This document shows, piece by piece, positions 55,221-64,000 of a stretch of DNA of 64,000 nt. Made by a program: the position numbers and the translations under genes. Origin of the DNA: Eledone cirrhosa. Lineage: Eukaryota. Location of the stretch: positions 53,382,001 through 53,446,000 of the forward strand of contig OZ024750.1 of NCBI GenBank assembly GCA_964016885.1. The letters are read 5' to 3'. The stretch's first letter is position 1; each line of letters starts with the position of its first letter. A model generated the notes under the pieces. The model searched no databases. It had not been told where the DNA came from and worked only from the letters and a program-made list of their open reading frames with translations.

Positions 55221-56630
55221 CATCATCATCATCATCGTTTAATGTCTGTCTTCCATGCTAGCATGGGTTTAGACGGGAATTGTCCCACTTGAGGCAAGAT
55301 TAGTCGTCTCACTCGTATAGGACTGTCCGGCAGGTTTTCTACGGCTGGATGCCCTTCCTAACACCAACCATGTTTACAGTGTGGACTGGGAGCCTTTTTA
55401 CCATGTTACCTACACCAGTGCTTCTCAAACTATCTGATGTGGCGGACCGGCATTTTTTTTTCAATGTGCCACGTACCACTAATATTTTGTAGTAATATTA
55501 ATTTATACTGGAAACGATATAATGAATATAATAATAGTTGACCATATTTTTATCTTCTATTTATTTTATAAACAAATAATACAATATCAAAACATAAAAA
55601 AGTAATAAAAAAAATTCCTCAAATGATTCCTTAGAATGGCCTGGACACTGGCCGCATACCGGTAGCTGATGGCTTGCGGACCACCACTTTGAGTAGCACT
55701 GACCTACACGGCCACATTACAGCGTGGACTGTGTGTTTTTTGTTGTGACACCTACACGACCTCATTTATTTAGGACTGGATGTTGTGGTACCAACATAAC
55801 TTTACAGAGGAAAAGGTGGTGTTGATGGGAGTGGGGGTGGGGAAGTTGGGGTAGTGGAATGGGGGTGTATATTTGATTAAGAGGTGCCTACTGACTGTAG
55901 GTTTCGCTTTGTACTTAGGCAATGCGGGTTTTCTATATTACTGCGTAGCGCCAAAGATCTCTGTCCAGTGACATTGTCTTGGAGAGGTGTAAGTGTGTAA
56001 GGTCGGGATTAATCAAATCGTCCCAGGTTTTTCTAGGTCTACCTACTCCATAACTTCCATCAGCTGTCGTCTTTCATGCGCATCACGTGGCCATACCAAT
56101 GTAGTCTTCTCTCGAGTAAACAGCACCTGATCCCTCTTATTCCTAATTTCTCACTTAGTTCCTTTATGCTTTGCTATTCACGTATATTACTATTACGCAT
56201 GCATGCTTAGTTCCTTTCCAGTCTGCGCAGGTCCTCTGCACACAATGCCCAGGTCTCACTGCCATGTAGCATTGCTGTTCGTATACAAGCATCATACAAT
56301 CTGCCTTTCATTTTTAGAGAGAACCCTTTAGCGGCCAATAGTGGTATAAGCTCTCTGAACTTTTTCTATCCCGTTCTGACTCTGGCTACTGTACTTTCAG
56401 AGCACCCTCCCCCACTGCTGATTTTGTCACCCAGGTAATGGAAAGTGTCCACTATTTCTATAAAACCATCTGTGCAATAGGAGCTAGTATCCTGTGGGCA
56501 CTTGCTACTTATTGCACCAGAGCAACGGCCACATATAAAATCTACGTTCTTAGATAGCTTACCTGTGATCCCACTACATCTTTTATGCACCCGTACTTTG
56601 CATTTGGAACATAAAATGGAGTTTCTGCCA
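55221..56630 (-). mobile_element. Degraded 5'-truncated RTE-clade LINE
   Basis: RNSILCSKCKVRVHKRCSG...FICGRCSG...VDTFHYLGD, later GRLYDACIRTAMLHGSETWAL and [12 protein letters not shown]; (GAT)n tail. Confidence 0.85.
55416..55701. mobile_element. hAT (Charlie/Buster-like) MITE nested in the RTE 3' UTR
   Basis: TIRs CAGTGCTTCTCAAA / TTTGAGTAGCACTG; perfect 8-bp TSD acctacac (55408-55415, 55702-55709). Confidence 0.92.
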
Positions 56631-57250
56631 TCATCATTTAACATCCACTTTCTCTGCTAGAGTTGGACAGGCCTGCATAAACCAAGTTAGTACTGAAGCA
56701 GTGGCTACTAATCTCCCAGGCAAGCCAAGGATCTGTTGTCTCACTTATATATGGTCTCATGTTCTACTGAATGCACAGGGAAGGTTGTCATGTCTTTGAC
56801 ACAACTGAGTGTCCTCCCAACCATATAGCATATTATAAAATACTGGGACATCATTGTACTTCCTTCTTTGGTCAATAAACAGACCAAAGAGATCGAAAGT
56901 CTTAGGTCACACCCCACCTAACCATATCCCACACCTCACCTAATCACATTTCATGGTACATTCAATTACACCACATGGACCATTCGGGAACCATTATAAT
57001 CTCCAATACATCTTGGTCCCTACAGAAACAGCCTCGCTGACTCTGATAACTATCAGCCAATCACCATCATCAGAGGAGGCCCTTTCTCTCCCTAGTGTCA
57101 AGTATGGTCAGAATTAGATCTACTGAGGAACTGGTCTCCTACATTACTAGTCTTGAGAAATTTAACAAAAGTAATTCTGCAACAAATCACTTCTTACCGT
57201 GTCTGGAATGTGAACTCCTGTGCTAAGTTTCCTGATTATATTATTCATTA

Positions 57251-57254
<4 letters not shown>

Positions 57255-57336
<82 letters not shown>
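57255..57336. repeat. (CT)n microsatellite
   Basis: Directly visible. Confidence 0.95.
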
Positions 57337-57339
<3 letters not shown>

Positions 57340-58969
57340 AAAACCCCCTGTGTTGTGTTCAGAACTCCTTAAACATGACACAAATGTCAAATATAATATT
57401 TAATCCTTTATTGCCATATTTCTAATGAGGGACATTCTACTTAATGAAAGATTTGGAGGGATTATTTCAATATTGATTACTAATATAGGCACAATACCCC
57501 AATACATGACTGGTATTTTATTTTGACTCCGGAAGGATAAAAGACAAAATTGACCCCAGTGGGATTTGAACTTTGAATGTAGCGGGCCTTAACTAGATGA
57601 TGCCAAACAGTTTGTCCAATGTTCTAACAATCCACCAGCCTCAACTATTTCAATATTAATATCTGAATCAACAAGATCCCAGACTTGATTACTGAGGTTG
57701 AACTGATTAGATTGGACCAAGGAAACAATGTGTTCATTGGTTTTTTTTCATTATTGATAATATCTACCAGCTGCAACTCCTAGCAGAAAGAGCAATAAAG
57801 TATCTTGCTCAAGGACATAATGCATTGTTTGGTACGGAAATCTAACCACTAAGCCACACACCTTTATAATAGTAAAATAGTATAACTTCACAAAAAGGTT
57901 CTTCTATCAAATTATTTTGTATCATTTTAATCTAAGTAGCAATCCTTTAAAATGGGTGGTTTTGTTTCATAGAACCAGGGCTGGGTGTTTTGAATGGGCT
58001 GCTATTAGAAGGGTTAATATATCCCCCCACCCCCCTTGTTTATAGTTAACTCTTTCACACATGATATGATTTTGTCACGTTATGGGTGAACAGTTTTACT
58101 TAGTTGATTTTCATATCTATATCTTTTTGTATGTTTTGTGTCTGTTTATTTCAGTTAGCATGTAACTAAAGTGAAAGGTTTATGGGATGTTGTGTAATGG
58201 GGGCTGGTAAAGTGTTTGGGTTATAATTGTAATGTGGGTTTCATTCCTGGCCCAGGTGACACATTGTTACTTCATTTCATGTTTCTCCAGTAAACCAGTT
58301 GAAAATGATTGAGCACCTGATAGTTAACTTTCTAATGGACTAGTAACCCTTTCATAACCATATGTATAATGAAATACATTGTATTTGAATTAATCAATGA
58401 AGAATTTGGAGGGATTTACTAAAATATTTCAGTTTTGAGATGGTATTTGTAATATAATTTAATAAAAAGGTTCTCATGTCAAATTATGTTGGAAGATTTT
58501 AATTTAAATAGGAACCCTTTAAAAGGGTTGTTGTATAGAAGGAGAACTAATTCTAGGTGGGTTGGTAATAAAACTATGATAATCAAATGAGCTTAGGAGG
58601 AGAAACTTAGCCTTTTAACCTTTGTATGGGGTACATGGGATGATGTTTCAGACTGATGAGCCTCAAGGGTGGACATTATAAACTTTTTATGAGGTATTTG
58701 GGATGGTGCAACAGTGGCAGCTACATTTTAGGGTTAAGGTAATCATTATTCACAGGTCCACATACACTACCACCACCACCACTACCAATACTACTATTAC
58801 TGTACCCCACTACTGATTGATTAGTCAGAATTGAACTGTCTCCAGTGTACCACCACTAAAATGGTAGACCTATGTAATGATGACATTAAACAAGAGCAAA
58901 TACACTCTCTCTCAGCCTCTATCACTTCAATTTTTAATAATATTGATCTTTTTATGATCATCTCTCCAT

Positions 58970-59046
58970 CTATCACCACCACCACCACCCTCCCTCTACC
59001 ATCACCACCACCCTCCCTCTACCACCATCACCACCACCACCCCCCT

Positions 59047-59125
<79 letters not shown>

Positions 59126-60725
59126 CTAGCCATCACCACCACCCTCCTCTACCACCACCATCACCACCACCACCCTCCCTCTACCATCATCACCACCACC
59201 ACCCTCCCTCTACCATCACCACCACCCTCCCTCTACCACCATCACCACCACTCCCTCTACCATCACCACCACCCTCCCTCTACCATCACCACCACCCTCC
59301 CTCTACCACCATCACTACCATCACCACCACCCTCCCTCTACAACCACCACCACCCTTCCTCTACCATCACCACCACCACAACCTTACTACCACCACCACC
59401 ACAACCTTACTACCACCACCACCACAACCTTACTACCACTATCACAACCTTACTACCACCACCACAACCTTACTACCACCACCACCACAACCTTACTACC
59501 ACTATCACAACCTTACTACCACCACCACAACCTTACTACCACCACCACCACCACAACCTTACTACCACCACCACCACAACCTTACTACCACTATCACAAC
59601 CTTACTACCACCACCACAACCTTACTACCACCACCACCACAACCTTACTACCACTATCACAACCTTACTACCACCACCACAACCTTACTACCACCATCAC
59701 CACCACAACCTTACTACCACCACCACCACAACCTTACTACCACTATCACAACCTTACTACCACCACCACAACCTTACTACCACCACCACCACAACCTTAC
59801 TACCACTATCACAACCTTACTACCACCACCACAACCTTACTACCACCACCACCACAACCTTACTACCACTATCACAACCTTACTACCACCACCACAACCT
59901 TACTACCACCACCACCACCACAACCTTACTACCACCACCACCACAACCTTACTACCACTATCACAACCTTACTACCACCACCACAACCTTACTACCACCA
60001 CCACCACAACCTTACTACCACTATCACAACCTTACTACCACCACCACAACCTTACTACCACCACCACCACCACAACCTTACTACCACCACCACCACAACC
60101 TTACTACCACTATCACAACCTTACTACCACCACCACAACCTTACTACCACCACCACCACAACCTTACTACCACTATCACAACCTTACTACCACCACCACA
60201 ACCTTACTACCACCACCACCACCACAACCTTACTACCACCACCACCACAACCTTACTACCACTATCACAACCTTACTACCACCACCACAACCTTACTACC
60301 ACCACCACCACAACCTTACTACCACTATCACAACCTTACTACCACCACCACCACAACCTTACTACCACCATCACCACCACAACCTTACTACCATCACCAC
60401 AACCACCACTATTGCCACCAACATTAACAACAGCCACCAATACCACCACCACTGCAACATCCATCACAACAAGTCACCACTATCAACAACTACCCTACCA
60501 CCATCACAACAACCCTACCTTCACCACCACTACCACCATCACAACAACCCTACCTTCACCACCACTACCACCCTACCTTTACCACAACAACCCTACCTTC
60601 ACCACCACTACCACCATCACAACAACCCTACCTTCACCACCACTACCACCATCATAACAACCCTACCTTCACCACCACTACCACCATCACAACAACCCTA
60701 CCTTCACCACCACTACCACCATCAT
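58970..60725. repeat. CCA-rich compound satellite (acaaccttact(acc)n units) interrupted by a 78-nt G run
   Basis: Directly visible; poly-G at 59048-59125. Confidence 0.92.
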
Positions 60726-61808
60726 AATGTTCCCCAACACCAGCCCCTTAAATGAACCATTTATATCTGATAATGCATCACTTCCTGTATAGGATGAGAC
60801 ATAGTGATGCATCATGGAACAAAATGGGGGGGATCACTATTATCCCTTAATTTGTCTGTCTGTCTGTCTGTCTGTTGTACTGACTACATTACAGGTGGTA
60901 GGTGGTGGTGGTGGTACTGTGATTATGGAGAGGGAATGATGATGGTGGTAGTATTGGTGATGATGGTCATGGGCAGGGAGTGATGATGGTGGTGGAGTAG
61001 TGATGGATGGTAGTGATGGCTTTTTTGGAGAGGGTGGAGGATTGATTTCTGGCTTATTAGATATGCCCTGCCCCTCCATTCATGAATCACACAGTTGTTG
61101 AGTAGTCAGGAATAATTGGGTTAGCTTCCTTCAAACAAAATCTTGTTGAATTCCCTCCAATACATCTTTCTACTGCCTCTGGCTGTCATCTTCTTTTCAT
61201 ACAGCTTCCTCCTTCTCTCCCTTTTTTTTTCTTCTTCCTTTAGTTTTCACAGTTTGCTTTAGAATTTTCCACATGAGGGGGCAGGGTGTGGTCTTTGTGT
61301 ATTTTGGGGGTGACAAACAAAAAAAGAGGAAAGGAAAAAAATTGAAGTTTTTCAAAGTCAAATGGAAAGGTGGGAGAATGCTTACTTTTTCTTTAAGCCA
61401 TCCCACCACCCTCTTATCCTCTGCCCTGGTGTGCCTCCCCACCACCCTCTTATCCTCTGCCCTGGTGTGCCTCCCCACCACACTCTTATCCTCCCATCCA
61501 ATTTTTTATAAAAAATCTGTTGAATTTAGAAAAATTTCTTTGACAGAAAACATTTGATATTTTGTGGATTTTCTTTTTCTTGTGTGGTGACAGGGATAAG
61601 GGGTTGTTTATAATATTTTGAGTTACAATATCTTTTGTTGTCTATCTTCCACGCTAGCATGGGTTGCATGCCTTTTCCTCCTCGGACACAAGTGATATTT
61701 GAGAAGTATGTTTCATAATAATTGTTTCTACTTTTGGCACAAGGTAATACCCCAGTGCATTACTGGTACTTTGTTTCATAATAATAATAATAGTAATTTT
61801 ATAACTAC

Positions 61809-62322
61809 ATTTATAAAGTCATGAGTGACCCCTCGTTTATAAAATAATGAGTGACCCCTCATTTATAAGGTAGTGAGTGACCTCTCATTTATAAAGCAAT
61901 GAATGACCCCTCATTTATAAAGTCATGAGTGACCCCTCGTTTATAAAGTCATGAGTGACCCCTCGTTTATAAAGTCATGAGTGACCCCTCGTTTATAAAG
62001 TCATGAGTGACCCCTCGTTTATAAAGTCATGAGTGACCCCTCGTTTATAAAGTAATGAGTGACCCCTCATTTATAAAGTAATGAGTGACCTCTCATTTAT
62101 AAAGTAATGAGTGACCCCTCGTTTATAAAGTATTGAGTGACCTCTCATTTATAAAGTCATGAGTGACCTCTCGTTTATAAAGTCATGAGTGACCCCTCGT
62201 TTATAAAGTAATGAGTGACCCCTCGTTTATAGTCATGAGTGACCTCATTTATAAAGTAATGAGTGACCCCTCATTTATAGTCATGAGTGACCCCTCGTTT
62301 ATAAAGTAATGAGTGACCTCTC
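61809..62322. repeat. 26-bp minisatellite (~20 units)
   Basis: Unit ttataaagtcatgagtgacccctcgt. Confidence 0.95.
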
Positions 62323-62324
62323 AG

Positions 62325-62544
62325 TACAAATAGTAATTTCAACAAAAGTAAAATATAATTTACTATGAGAAGAAAACTTTGAACATTTTATTTAAATAAT
62401 TTCTGAATTATTTGCCTTTAAAAATAAAGTAAAGCAGTTTGTATTTTCACAATTTTATGCCAGTGAAAAAACAAAATAAAATTTTCCTTGGGCCAACTCC
62501 AGGCCTATTTTAAACATTTCTCACGTCCACGTTGAGAATCACTG
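62325..62544. mobile_element. Right part of hAT-like MITE (same family as 19214-19505)
   Basis: tacaaatagtaatttcaacaaaag...cacgttgagaatcactg. Confidence 0.8.
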
Positions 62545-63169
62545 GGTTAAGGGGCCATGATGATGATAGATTAACTCTACTACTCAGCTGGTGTTAATTT
62601 TAATTAACACGTGAAAGATGGTAGGTAGAGTTGCCCGTGGCAGGATTTGAACTCAGAAATTAAAGATATACAACTAAAGAGAGGACTGTATTTTGTCTGT
62701 CACTCTGCTGATTCTACGAGAAGCAAAGTTGACCATAGTGGGATTTGAAACCAGAATGGAGAGGACTATAATGAAATACTGTAATGGCAATTATTCCAAC
62801 ACATTTAATGATACTATCAATCTACCTCCCTAAGTCAGCAATTTGTATGGGAGAGTATAGTCAATTATACTGAACCAGTACATAGCTGGTATTTTATTTT
62901 ATTGACCTTGAAAGAATGAAAGCCAAAGTTGATCGCGACAGGATTTGGATCCGGAATGGAAAGAAGAAATAATGACTCGATCACTCCACCACCCTAATTA
63001 TTGACATCTAACAATCTCAAGACCCTGCACCTGGAAAACTTTGTGTTAGCTGCTGATGGCAGTGTCTTCTGTAGCTGTCCAGGCCCACATGGGAGAGGCA
63101 GTCCTGTATACAGTGACTACATCTGTATACAGGACTGCTCTGGTACTACTGTAGCTGTACAGGCCCACA

Positions 63170-64000
63170 TGGGAGAGGACTTCCTCACATCTTTGGGTCT
63201 CCAGAACTATTGACTTATCCCTCCTGCAGACTTCTTTGAAACAAAGGTTGTCCTTGTGCCGGTGGCCAGTTCCCCATGCAGTAGGTCTTTGGGCATCCTT
63301 CCATCCTGCATACAATGTATCGGACCGAGTCAGCATTGACAACACTGTTTGAGCAGATTGTATATGTTGGGTATCTTGGCATGGTTGAGGACTTCAGTGT
63401 TGGTAACCCGGTCAGTCTACTTAATATCCAAAATGCATCTCAGGCTATGAAGGTGGAAGACATTGAGACACCACTCCTGGCTGGAGTAGAGGTTCCAGGT
63501 CTCGTTGCCATAAAATAGTGTGCTGAGGACACATGCCTTGTAGACAGCTATCCTGGTATTTTTAGTGAGTTTTCTGTTCTCCCAGACAAATGTAGAGGTT
63601 GCTTTTCCAACTCTCCTGCTGAACTTGGGGTCGAGTAAGAAGTTGTCAGTAACGGTGGAGTCAAGGTAGATGAATCATCATGGATCATCTTCAGACTAAA
63701 CAGCCTACCGTCTGATTTGGATTGGAGGTAGACACCTTCAGTTGATTTCTCAAATGCATGTTTTAGCATAACTGCGATGCCAAACAGGATGGGAGCCAGC
63801 ACACAGCCCTGCTTCACACCGTTGTATATGTTAAATACCTCCGAAGAAGAGCCATCAAATTGAATGACACTTTTCATATCTGCATGAAATGACTGGACTA
63901 TCCTAAGAAGTCTTGGAGGACAACCAATTCTGGCTAGGATCTTGAAGTTGGTGTTGAATGGTTGCCTTTGCTCTCAGCACTTCTCCTGTAGTTGCCGAAG
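63170..64000 (-). mobile_element. Degraded RTE/BovB-type LINE RT fragment running off the window edge
   Basis: LRQLQEKC, ILARIGCPPRLLRIVQSFHADMKSVIQFDGSSSEVFNIYNGVKQGCVLAPILF...DGRLF; frameshifts and deletions. Confidence 0.88.

Overview
This is AT-rich, repeat-dense metazoan genomic DNA, not prokaryotic. The SINE/RTE families and huge (TA)n tracts resemble octopus/coleoid cephalopod DNA; this is an inference, not verified. The + strand carries five consecutive phase-0 GT-AG exons (1788-9866) encoding spectrin repeats of a Trio/Kalirin RhoGEF. No further exon is recognisable, so the remaining ~54 kb reads as one intron. That intron holds more than a dozen locus-specific minisatellites, several born inside SINE/LINE copies, plus fold-back inverted repeats, MITEs, RTE and CR1 relics, and a 12-kb (TA)n island of nested retroelements. 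The most notable feature is a young-looking, 5'-truncated CR1/L2-group LINE (44338-48180, minus strand). Its APE-RT ORF2 is uninterrupted but has no AUG before the endonuclease catalytic motifs and overlaps ORF1 by 130 nt in the -1 frame. The overlap contains two correctly framed slippery heptamers (U UUU UUA and A AAA AAC), suggesting gag-pol-like -1 frameshifting. ORF1 carries tandem CCCH zinc fingers. Most long ORFs in the supplied track are translations of tandem repeats.
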